Assembly: GCA_903867885.1 (NCBI GenBank)
Contig: CAIPTD010000153.1
Location: 17,269-81,268, forward strand
From: an uncultured Ferrovum sp.
GTDB lineage: Bacteria > Pseudomonadota > Gammaproteobacteria > Burkholderiales > Ferrovaceae
Direction: 5' to 3'
DNA length: 64,000 bases
Shown piece by piece: positions 37,448 through 48,311 of this stretch (the first letter of the stretch is position 1; each line of letters begins with the position of its first letter). The notes below the pieces were generated by a model. It was not told where the DNA came from and did no database searches. It was given only the letters and a program-made list of their open reading frames with translations. The position numbers were made by a program, and so were the translations under genes.

Positions 37448-37657
37448 TCAAGGGACAGGATCGTAGCCACCGCGATGCCAAGGATGACACCGAGTTAGCC
37501 GACGAATAGACAGTAAGGTACCGTAAACTAGACCATGACGATTTAAAGCTTCCAGCGCATAGTCTGAACACGATGGGGTAAATCGACAACGTGGCCCAAG
37601 AAGAGGGCTGATTAAATACTGATAAGTGCGGATGAGGATACGCAAGAATTGCGACAT
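37448..37657 (-). CDS. yidD: Membrane protein insertion efficiency factor YidD
   Basis: 69 aa; [27 protein letters not shown] signature; overlaps the rnpA 3' end by 46 nt. Confidence 0.88.
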   Translation of the reverse strand: MSQFLRILIRTYQYLISPLLGPRCRFTPSCSDYALEALNRHGLVYGTLLSIRRLTRCHPWHRGGYDPVP

Positions 37658-38034
37658 TTCTGCACCCGTTTAACATGCAATTGAAACTCAGCAAGATAAC
37701 GCTCGAAGTCAGTTGAATTAAACGGCTTTTTAACGAGCACAACAAAATCCATTCCTTGCAGAGCGTCCGCATTTTGCCTAAACAACTCCCTGCTCACTCG
37801 CTTCATGTAATTTCGCCCGACGGCTGTTTTACACACTTTCTTACTTACCGTAATGCCTAACCTTGGAAAGGAACAAGTATTTGATTTTGCCAACACTTTA
37901 ATTAAATCCCCCCCGCTTGAACATCTAAAGCAAAACACGGCGTCAAACTCTGCTGGGGATGACAATTTCCCCCAGCGCTGACCCAGGTATTGTTTAGACA
38001 GCGAGACGGGCGCGTCCGCGGGCACGACGGGCAT
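37612..38034 (-). CDS. rnpA: Ribonuclease P protein component
   Basis: Basic ~140 aa protein between rpmH and yidD with the RnpA-like block [26 protein letters not shown]. The only in-frame ATG (38034) lies 38 nt inside rpmH; a downstream GTG (38025) is an alternative start. Confidence 0.8.
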   Translation of the reverse strand: MPVVPADAPVSLSKQYLGQRWGKLSSPAEFDAVFCFRCSSGGDLIKVLAKSNTCSFPRLGITVSKKVCKTAVGRNYMKRVSRELFRQNADALQGMDFVVLVKKPFNSTDFERYLAEFQLHVKRVQKCRNSCVSSSALISI

Positions 38035-38128
38035 TCAATACAGCTCTGCCGCTACGGGTTTTCATGCGAACACGAAAGCCGTGTGTGCGTTTGCGTTTAG
38101 TAACCGAAGGCTGGTAGGTGCGCTTCAT
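37994..38128 (-). CDS. rpmH: 50S ribosomal protein L34
   Basis: [44 protein letters not shown], 44 aa, canonical L34. The ORF-track N-terminal extension (to 38194) is not part of L34. Confidence 0.96.
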   Translation of the reverse strand: MKRTYQPSVTKRKRTHGFRVRMKTRSGRAVLNARRARGRARLAV

Positions 38129-38226
38129 GATATTTAATCCAGTAATTGCTTTAAAGAACCCGAGATTTGAGCACAAAAACCCGTTTGAAGTCAAGCATCA
38201 AAAATACTCGCAAACTCCCTATGTCC

Positions 38227-38235
38227 TGTGGATAA
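38227..38235 (-). promoter_or_regulatory. Perfect DnaA box (TTATCCACA) overlapping the putative dnaA promoter -35
   Basis: Plus strand reads TGTGGATAA. TGGATA (38229-38234), a 17-nt spacer, then TACAAT (38252-38257) form a sigma-70-like promoter about 90 nt upstream of the dnaA ATG. Confidence 0.65.
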
Positions 38236-38347
38236 GTATCACCGGCTAGTCTACAATCTATCCATCGCATACCCGAACCTGTCACTGCCTATATGGTTCG
38301 GAAAAACAACGCCTCTGTAACTCATCCTAAAAGGCTTCTGCACCTCC

Positions 38348-39754
38348 ATGACCTCCTTTTGGGACTCTTGTATCACTGCGCTTCGGGAAACGATGCCCGA
38401 ACAACAACTTAATACCTGGATACTTCCACTGAAATTAGAGGGTGAAGGGTCTAAATTACTCTTGCTGGCGCCTAACCGTTTCGTGCTGCAATGGGTTAAA
38501 GATCGCTACCTTGACCGAATACAAAATCTTGCAAACGACTACTTTAAGCAAGCAGTGAACATAGAAATGGGCCTTGTCACTGTTGACACGACGCCCAAGA
38601 TGGCCTCGAGTTTAAACGTTTCGCATCAAGGGGAAGATATCTCTACCCCTTCACCAAAACAAAAAAACACCTCAAACAATAATACGAACGGAACACCTGC
38701 TGACTTAAGTCAAGCTAACAGGTCTCACGAGAAGGGAAATAGACTAAATAGTCTTTTCACTTTTGAAAACTTTGTGGGCGGAAAGGCTAACCAATTAGCT
38801 CGGGCAGCGGCCATGCAAGTGGCAGAAAACCCCGGTAAAGCCTACAACCCTCTATTTATATATGGTGGAGTAGGATTAGGTAAAACACATTTAATACATG
38901 CCATTGGCAATCATCTTCTGCAAGAAAAAGAGTCTGCTCGCGTACGCTATGTGCATGCCGAACAATACGTCGCTGACGTTGTACGAGCGTACCAGCACAA
39001 ATCTTTTGACGCCTTTAAACGGTACTACCATTCCCTTGATCTCCTTATGATTGATGATATTCAGTTTTTTGGAGGGAAAACACGAACACAAGAGGAATTC
39101 TTTTTTGCCTTCAATGCATTAGTTGAAACTGGAAAACAAATTATTATTACCTGTGATAGCTTCCCCAAAGAGATCATTGGCATGGAAGATAGACTCATTT
39201 CTCGTTTCGGTTGGGGTTTAACTGTCGCCATTGAGCCGCCTGAGTTAGAAATGCGGGTTGCAATCTTGCTACGTAAAGCAGAAATGGATGGAACACCCAT
39301 TGATCGCGACGTTGCTTTTTATGTTGCTAAATATATTCGTTCAAATGTTCGTGAATTGGAAGGGGCACTGAAACGCATCCAGGCTTATGCGCGTTTTCAT
39401 CAAGAATCCTTAAGCATGGATATCACTCGCGAAGCCTTGAAAGATGTGATCGCGGTACAAAAACGACAAGTTTCAATTGAAAATATACAAAAAACGGTAG
39501 CGGATTTTTATAAAATCAAAGTTGCGGATATGTTTTCAAAAAAACGCAGCAGAGCTTTAGCGCGTCCTAGACAAATTGCAATGGCTCTCACTAAAGAACT
39601 CACATCCATGAGCCTTCCTGATATTGGTGATGCGTTTGGTGGTAGAGATCACACAACGGTGCTTCATGCTTGTCGCAAAATAGCAGAATTAAAGCAAGAA
39701 GACCCCATGATGCAAAAAGATTTTCAAACACTACTTCATACTTTGAGCGGATAA
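38348..39754 (+). CDS. dnaA: Chromosomal replication initiator protein DnaA
   Basis: 468 aa; AAA+ Walker A GGVGLGKTHL; C-terminal DNA-binding helix (GGRDHTTVLHACRKI); divergent from rpmH. Confidence 0.97.
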   Translation: MTSFWDSCITALRETMPEQQLNTWILPLKLEGEGSKLLLLAPNRFVLQWVKDRYLDRIQNLANDYFKQAVNIEMGLVTVDTTPKMASSLNVSHQGEDISTPSPKQKNTSNNNTNGTPADLSQANRSHEKGNRLNSLFTFENFVGGKANQLARAAAMQVAENPGKAYNPLFIYGGVGLGKTHLIHAIGNHLLQEKESARVRYVHAEQYVADVVRAYQHKSFDAFKRYYHSLDLLMIDDIQFFGGKTRTQEEFFFAFNALVETGKQIIITCDSFPKEIIGMEDRLISRFGWGLTVAIEPPELEMRVAILLRKAEMDGTPIDRDVAFYVAKYIRSNVRELEGALKRIQAYARFHQESLSMDITREALKDVIAVQKRQVSIENIQKTVADFYKIKVADMFSKKRSRALARPRQIAMALTKELTSMSLPDIGDAFGGRDHTTVLHACRKIAELKQEDPMMQKDFQTLLHTLSG

Positions 39755-39803
39755 AAGTGGAAAAGTACAAGCAACAAAAAACGTGTATGAACAGTGGACG
39801 ATT

Positions 39804-39936
39804 TGGGGATAAGGTACGTTTTGTCAAAGTTTTAAAAAACAATCCACAAAACCAATACACCATAACAAGGGTTTATCCCCTAGGTTTTAAGTAGGCTAAA
39901 CAGATGAATCGTTAAGAGTAAATGAACTTATCCACG
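39804..39936. promoter_or_regulatory. Cluster of DnaA-box-like 9-mers in the AT-rich dnaA-dnaN spacer
   Basis: One-mismatch boxes: 39804-39812 (TTATCCCCA, minus strand) and 39928-39936 (TTATCCACG). Two-mismatch boxes: 39840-39848 (CAATCCACA) and 39873-39881 (TTATCCCCT). Followed by the AT-rich tract CCTATTATCAAGTATTAAGGTTATATATAAATG, which runs into the dnaN ATG. Confidence 0.45.
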
Positions 39937-39980
39937 GCAATACCCTTGCTCCTATTATCAAGTATTAAGGTTATATATAA

Positions 39981-41090
39981 ATGCTATTAATCAAAGCCCA
40001 ACGAGATCGACTTCTGACGCCACTGCAAAGTGTCATAGGTATCGTCGAGCGCAGACACACCCTTCCTATCCTGTCTAACGTATTGATAGAAACTTCTGGT
40101 GATCGTTTAGATTTCACAGCAACTGACTTAGAGGTACAAGTTCGGACTTGGACCTCGGTTGCCGAATCACCGGTAGAAGAGTCGGTTACGCTTTCTGCCC
40201 GTAAATTGCACGACATTTTGCGTGCTCTCCCTGCGGGTGCGGATTTGGTCATTGAAGCCAAAGAAAATCGCCTTACAGTGAAAGCGGGACGTAGCCGATT
40301 TAATTTACAAACACTTCCTGGTCGAGAGTTTCCCCAAATTGCCCTGAATTCCGAAGTAGGAGCAACCTTTCGCATTTCACAAAATGTATTAAAAAAACTA
40401 TTGGAACGTGCGCAATTTGCAATGGCGGTTCAAGATATTCGTTATTACCTCAATGGAACACTTCTCTCGATAGCGGAAGGGAGATTGACCGTGGTCTCCA
40501 CGGATGGCCACCGATTGAGCTATACCCATCAAGATTTGGTCGATGCCAATACGACACAAGCTGAAGTCATCATTCCTAGAAAGAGTGTGCAGGAATTAAT
40601 AAAACTACTGCAACCAATAGATGATCAGGTTCAAGTGACGATTCATGGAAATCAGGTGCGATTTGAATTTGGTTCGATTGATCTGGTCACTAAAGTCATT
40701 GATGGTAAGTTTCCTGACTACAAACGTGTGATCCCTACAAACCATCAGAAGACGATTCTGGTAAACCGTGCTTTGTTACAGCAAGCACTACAAAGAGCAT
40801 CCATTTTATCGAATGAAAAAATAAGAGGTGTGCGCTTACTTCTAACAAAAGATAGTCTGGCTGTGGTTTGTTCTAACAATGAACAAGAAGAAGCGCAGGA
40901 AGAACTGGAAGTCGCGTATACTAGCGAAGCTCTTGATATTGGGTTCAATATTGCCTACTTGCTAGACGTCCTTAACCACCTATCAGTCGAACAGGTTGAA
41001 TGCCATTTCGGTGACAGCAACAGCAGCGTTCTGATTACGGTACCCGGACAGGATGACTTCAAGTACGTCGTAATGCCCATGAGAATTTGA
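39981..41090 (+). CDS. dnaN: DNA polymerase III subunit beta (sliding clamp)
   Basis: 369 aa; conserved N-terminus (LL.PLQSV.GIVERRHTLPILSNVL) and C-terminus (YVVMPMRI). Confidence 0.96.
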   Translation: MLLIKAQRDRLLTPLQSVIGIVERRHTLPILSNVLIETSGDRLDFTATDLEVQVRTWTSVAESPVEESVTLSARKLHDILRALPAGADLVIEAKENRLTVKAGRSRFNLQTLPGREFPQIALNSEVGATFRISQNVLKKLLERAQFAMAVQDIRYYLNGTLLSIAEGRLTVVSTDGHRLSYTHQDLVDANTTQAEVIIPRKSVQELIKLLQPIDDQVQVTIHGNQVRFEFGSIDLVTKVIDGKFPDYKRVIPTNHQKTILVNRALLQQALQRASILSNEKIRGVRLLLTKDSLAVVCSNNEQEEAQEELEVAYTSEALDIGFNIAYLLDVLNHLSVEQVECHFGDSNSSVLITVPGQDDFKYVVMPMRI

Positions 41091-41103
41091 AATCGATGCA
41101 TAG

Positions 41104-43521
<2,418 letters not shown>

Positions 43522-43595
43522 GTTAAACTTCCTGAAACTAAAGTATGGTATAGCCTAGTTTGGTTTCTACCTATTAAGGTTAGAGGAGTTAAGTT

Positions 43596-45059
43596 TTGCC
43601 TAAAACTCAAAACAAATCGTCAACCCGGAAAACCCCGCATCCCCTTGAACGGATCCATGCAACGCACGCATTCATCCCTGGGGGATTATACAAACCCCAA
43701 CTAAAACGTAGCCTAGAACCCATCGCCGACAGAATGGTTTTAGGTCAGGCGCTCCGCGAATTCTGTCCTCGAGAGTCTCACTCAGTATGGACGTTACCGG
43801 TAAACCGACCGGATCCCATAAAGGTAATCGCCGCATCCAACCGTGGCCGCCAAGCGCATCTGGTTCCTTTACGTATGGGACGGATGGCGGCCAGCCCCTT
43901 TGCTTTCTTGCGAGGATCAGCATGTGTGATGGCTTGGGATCTAGCGCAACTCCCCGATACGGGTTTAAACGTAGTGATCGACGGAGACGCACATCTTGAT
44001 AATTTTGGGTTGTTTGGAACGCCAGAGGGAAGCGTAGTATTTGACCTGAATGATTTTGATGAAACCATGGTTGGCCCATGGATTTGGGATCTCAAACGTT
44101 TATCTGCCAGCGTAAATGTTGCCGCTCGCGAAAATGGCTTTAATAAAAGAGAAAGGCACACAGCCGTTATGCAATGCGTCGCATGCTATCGACGAGCTAT
44201 CGGCAATATGTCTGGAATGAGTGCACTAGAATTATGGCAGCGACATTCCTTAGCGGATCACTTTGCAGCAGAGTTCAGTGGGGATGGGAAAGTACGATCG
44301 ATTATTCGTAAGGCCGAGGAAAAGGCCTTGGGGCAAAATAACCTTAGTTTTTTTAATAAAGTGATTGAAAAAGGACCCAAAGGGCTGCGGTTTCGACAAG
44401 ACCCCCCTTTGCTTGATAGAGCTGATGAAGAAACAAAATCGGCGCTTATAGATGCACTCACCGACTACGCCACCACACTCTCACCGGAGCGCGCGTATAT
44501 GTTGAGACGGTATAGAGTGGTTGATGCGGCACATCGAGTGGTTGGGGTAGGCAGTGTAGGAACACGTGCATGGGTGGTCTTACTGATCGGAAACAATCCG
44601 GACGACCCCTTGTTTTTGCAGGTGAAAGAAGCGGTAAAACCGGCTGCAGCCCCGTATGCCCCAGCCCTTCCAAAAGACTTTCGCCATCAAGGGCGTCGAG
44701 TGGTTCATGGGCAAAGACTATTGCAAGCCGCCGGAGACCCGCTCCTTGGATGGACCATGATGGAAGGCCGCGCATATTACGTACGCCAAATGCGAAATAT
44801 GAAAGGTGGCGTGCCTACAGAGTGGTTATCACCAGGCCCTTTGGCCTTTTTCGCTGGTGGGTTTTCAGCGCTTCTAGCCAGAGCGCATGCACGCACAGGA
44901 GATGCAAGCGTGATTGCGGGGTATTGTGGTAATTCTCGTGCACTTGATGAATCCATTGCAGAGTGGGCAGAACATTACGGCGATCAAATTGAACGAGACC
45001 ACCTACTATTGGTGAGGTCTATCAAGGCCAATAAAACGAAAGCCGAACCCCGAATTTAA
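43596..45059 (+). CDS. DUF2252-like uncharacterised protein (protein-kinase-like fold suspected)
   Basis: 487 aa. The block LVPLRMGRMAASPFAFLRGSACVMAWDL...GDAHLDNFGLF...FDLNDFDET..GPWIWDLKRL matches my recollection of DUF2252. TTG start, uncertain. Confidence 0.7.
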   Translation: MPKTQNKSSTRKTPHPLERIHATHAFIPGGLYKPQLKRSLEPIADRMVLGQALREFCPRESHSVWTLPVNRPDPIKVIAASNRGRQAHLVPLRMGRMAASPFAFLRGSACVMAWDLAQLPDTGLNVVIDGDAHLDNFGLFGTPEGSVVFDLNDFDETMVGPWIWDLKRLSASVNVAARENGFNKRERHTAVMQCVACYRRAIGNMSGMSALELWQRHSLADHFAAEFSGDGKVRSIIRKAEEKALGQNNLSFFNKVIEKGPKGLRFRQDPPLLDRADEETKSALIDALTDYATTLSPERAYMLRRYRVVDAAHRVVGVGSVGTRAWVVLLIGNNPDDPLFLQVKEAVKPAAAPYAPALPKDFRHQGRRVVHGQRLLQAAGDPLLGWTMMEGRAYYVRQMRNMKGGVPTEWLSPGPLAFFAGGFSALLARAHARTGDASVIAGYCGNSRALDESIAEWAEHYGDQIERDHLLLVRSIKANKTKAEPRI

Positions 45060-47767
45060 ACTGGCTTGACGGTTTTATAGGCTTTCTTTGCTGGGGCTTT
45101 TTTGGCCGGGGGTTTCACCGTGGTGGATTTCTTAGCGAGTGCTTTTGCAGGCTTGCTCGCCGAATCAGCTTTAACGTTAGGCGTGGCACTGGTTTTCTTG
45201 GCGGCAGTGGGTTTTTTAGTGCTTGCAGCCTTTTTTTCCGTGGTTTTGGCTTTGGCCGGCTTTTTACCGGTGGCTGCAACGCGCGCACTGAGTAAAGCAA
45301 CCGCCTCATCCAGCGTAAGCGTATCTAAATTCATCCCCTCAATTAGGGTGGCATTGATTTTCCCGTGCTTAACATAATTACCGTAGCGACCCGTATGAAG
45401 AGTGATCGCTGCCCCATCTTCAGGGTGTTGACCTAAGGTGCGTAAAGATCCGCGAGCCGCAGATTTTGGCTGAGCCAAAATCTCGACAGCGCGGGGTAAT
45501 TCGATGGTGTAAACATCTTCTGTTTTGGGCACAGACCGAAATTCACCATCGTGTTGTAAATAAGGACCAAAACGACCTACATTGGCCACTACTTTTTTGC
45601 CGGTTTCAGGATGCAATCCCAGATCTCGAGGCAAGGTGAGAAGCTTTAACGCGATTTCTAGAGTGACATCTGCAGGTGCCATGCCCTTGGGTAAAGAGGC
45701 CCGCTTGGGTTTTTTCTTTTCATCCTTGATCACTTCACCTAATTGCACATAGGGACCATATGGTCCTTTTAGCAACAAAATAGGTAAAGCGGTTTCTGGG
45801 TCGTCCCCAACAATGGTTGGGCCAACTGGCTCGGTGCTGCCATCCATATTGCAAGTGTAATCACACTCAGGATAACCATCACAACCCACAAATAAACCAC
45901 GGCTGCCTAGATGAAGGCATAAACCCTTATTGCACTTAGGGCAAAGCTCATGAACTCTGGGCCAAGGGGCTGGTTTGCCTGCTGCTTGAACGGATTCCGA
46001 GAAGGCGTCCCAAAAGTCTTTGAGCACCGGAACCCATTCAGACTTTCCTTCAGAAATGATGTCTAGTTGGTCTTCCATGTTTGCAGTGAAAGCGTAATCT
46101 ACATAACGTGAAAACCGTTCAGTAAGGTATGCGTTGACCCAAATACCAACATCTGTAGGCGTAAAGCGCTTGTTATCAAGATTGGCGTATTCGCGCGTCT
46201 GAAGCGTACTAATAATACTGGCATAGGTAGAAGGCCGACCGATACCATATTCTTCCAAGGCCTTCACCAAGCTTGCTTCAGTGAAGCGGGGAGGAGGCTG
46301 GGTGAAATGTTGCTCACCATAAAGCCGAGCCACATCTAAAACATCACCCTGCTCTAGGTTGGGTAAACGTGCTTCGCCGTCCTCCCCTTCACTATCATCC
46401 TTACCTTCCTGATAAACAGCGATAAACCCGGGAAAAACGAGGGTCTGTCCAGAGGCGCGGAACAGATGAGAGGGATCACCGGCAGCGGCTAAATCAACGC
46501 TAACGGTATCAAAACGCGCGGGAGCCATTTGGCAAGCGACAGTTCGTTTCCAAATCATTTCGTATAGACGAAATTGCTCAGGAGAAAGATGTTCACGCAA
46601 ACTGGCGGGGCTGCGCGCAATGGCAGTAGGCCGAATCGCTTCATGGGCTTCTTGGGCATTCTTTGAACGATTAGCAAAGCTGACAGGGGTGGCAGGTAAA
46701 TATTCAGCATCAAAATGGCTAGACACCCATTGGCGGATATCGATAATCGCTTCCCGGCTTAAGGCTACAGAGTCGGTTCTCATATATGAAATCAGGCCCA
46801 CCGCCCCACCATCAATGGCAATACCTTCATAGAGCTGCTGTGCCACTTTCATGGTGCGATCTGTTGTGAACCCGAGTTTACGAACCGCTTCTTGTTGCAA
46901 TGTAGAGGTCGTAAAAGGAGCCGCTGATTGACGCTGTTTGCGCTTGCGTTCAACGCGCGTCACCCTTACTTGACCGCCATGGCTTTCAAAAAGATCCGCT
47001 GCCCCCTCGGCAAGTGTGCCAGGAATCTTTAAAACTTGACCGCCTACCGCTTTCGAGAGCCTGTGCATTACTTCGCCACTGCTGCCCAATGAAGTGACAG
47101 CAAATTGCTCAAATTTTTCCCCATCAAACTGATTTAGTTTGGCTTGAACCGGTTGACCATCCTTGAGCCCTTCAAGATGAATAGACCAATACTCACGGGT
47201 TTGAAAGGCTTTGATTTCTTGCTCACGTTCAACGATTAAACGTAGCGCAGGACTCTGAACACGGCCTGCAGACAAACCCCTTCTTGCCTTCCACAAAAGT
47301 GGAGAAATATTGAAACCAACGAGGTAATCTAGGGCGCGCCGTGCTTGTTGCGCATTGACTAAAGGCTGAGCAATTTCTCTAGGATTGGCTACGGCATCAC
47401 GCACAGCATTTTGTGTAATCTCATAAAAGACGACACGCTGCATGGTTTTGTCTTTGAGTAGTTTTTTGTCCCGCAAAATTTCCGCAAGGTGCCAAGCAAT
47501 AGCCTCCCCTTCGCGATCCGGGTCAGTGGCGAGGTAAATGTGGTTACATTTTTTTACTGCCTTGGCGATGGCTTCGACATGTTTTTCGTTTCGTTCCACC
47601 ATTTGATATTGCATGGCGAAATCATTGTCGATATCTACAGCCCCTGTCTTAGGGACCAAATCACGGACGTGTCCGTAAGATGCAAGAATTTCAAAGCTTG
47701 ACCCTAAATATTTTTTTAAAGTCTTCGCTTTGGAAGGGGATTCGACAATCAGGAGGTTCTCAGCCAT
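45056..47767 (-). CDS. topA: DNA topoisomerase I with Lys/Ala/Pro-rich C-terminal tail
   Basis: 903 aa; TOPRIM N-terminus (LLIVESPSKAKTLKKYLG); catalytic Tyr region (ISYMRTDS); Cys4 zinc ribbons (CPKCNKG...CDGYPEC); ~75-aa basic low-complexity tail. Confidence 0.96.
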   Translation of the reverse strand: MAENLLIVESPSKAKTLKKYLGSSFEILASYGHVRDLVPKTGAVDIDNDFAMQYQMVERNEKHVEAIAKAVKKCNHIYLATDPDREGEAIAWHLAEILRDKKLLKDKTMQRVVFYEITQNAVRDAVANPREIAQPLVNAQQARRALDYLVGFNISPLLWKARRGLSAGRVQSPALRLIVEREQEIKAFQTREYWSIHLEGLKDGQPVQAKLNQFDGEKFEQFAVTSLGSSGEVMHRLSKAVGGQVLKIPGTLAEGAADLFESHGGQVRVTRVERKRKQRQSAAPFTTSTLQQEAVRKLGFTTDRTMKVAQQLYEGIAIDGGAVGLISYMRTDSVALSREAIIDIRQWVSSHFDAEYLPATPVSFANRSKNAQEAHEAIRPTAIARSPASLREHLSPEQFRLYEMIWKRTVACQMAPARFDTVSVDLAAAGDPSHLFRASGQTLVFPGFIAVYQEGKDDSEGEDGEARLPNLEQGDVLDVARLYGEQHFTQPPPRFTEASLVKALEEYGIGRPSTYASIISTLQTREYANLDNKRFTPTDVGIWVNAYLTERFSRYVDYAFTANMEDQLDIISEGKSEWVPVLKDFWDAFSESVQAAGKPAPWPRVHELCPKCNKGLCLHLGSRGLFVGCDGYPECDYTCNMDGSTEPVGPTIVGDDPETALPILLLKGPYGPYVQLGEVIKDEKKKPKRASLPKGMAPADVTLEIALKLLTLPRDLGLHPETGKKVVANVGRFGPYLQHDGEFRSVPKTEDVYTIELPRAVEILAQPKSAARGSLRTLGQHPEDGAAITLHTGRYGNYVKHGKINATLIEGMNLDTLTLDEAVALLSARVAATGKKPAKAKTTEKKAASTKKPTAAKKTSATPNVKADSASKPAKALAKKSTTVKPPAKKAPAKKAYKTVKPV

Positions 47768-47794
47768 ATTGTTGCGGTCTCTAAAAGTCTAGGC

Positions 47795-48244
47795 TTAATG
47801 AACCAAGGGCTCGGTGTCCCCGATGAGTTCTTCCATCAACATGATGTCCATCGGGTGACCTTGTCGCCAAAAAACCGTTAGGGTAATGAGTTTCAATTTG
47901 TCTAGGCTGATGGCACCGCCTTCAATTGCCATTGCACTCGAAATAATCCATTCGCGTTGCTCTGCCCCAAGAATTCCGCCACCTTCCAAGAAACTTAAAA
48001 AGCCCCAGCCTTCTTGGCCCAATTTATCAAACTCAGCATCGCTCAAACAACGCAGCGAAGCCTTACCCCCCGTTTCAAAAGTACCAATAGGGAGTTGGTC
48101 TACAACCTCTAACCAAGCTAAGGCTTGTTCTACTTCGTCAGGTTCAAAGCCTGCGGCAAATAATCGGTTTTGTAAAACAGCATTAGTGGGATACACGCCA
48201 CTGGAAAAAAAGTTTTCGTAAACAAAAATTAGGATGTCGTACAT
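47795..48244 (-). CDS. smg: Smg protein (DUF494)
   Basis: MYDILIFVYENFF N-terminus; conserved dprA-smg-topA order. Start set at ATG 48244 rather than GTG 48259. Confidence 0.82.
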   Translation of the reverse strand: MYDILIFVYENFFSSGVYPTNAVLQNRLFAAGFEPDEVEQALAWLEVVDQLPIGTFETGGKASLRCLSDAEFDKLGQEGWGFLSFLEGGGILGAEQREWIISSAMAIEGGAISLDKLKLITLTVFWRQGHPMDIMLMEELIGDTEPLVH

Positions 48245-48311
48245 CGTCTCTCGTTTCACTCCCCGAAGTCACATTACGAATCCTTGCCCCACATAGATCG
48301 ACATGAGGCCC

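Noticed and set aside
45102-45377. ORFs 45102-45377 (+) and 45115-45309 (-) over the topA 3' end.
   Set aside because: They are alternative-frame readings of the repetitive Lys/Ala/Pro-coding tail of topA, so they are open by compositional artefact.
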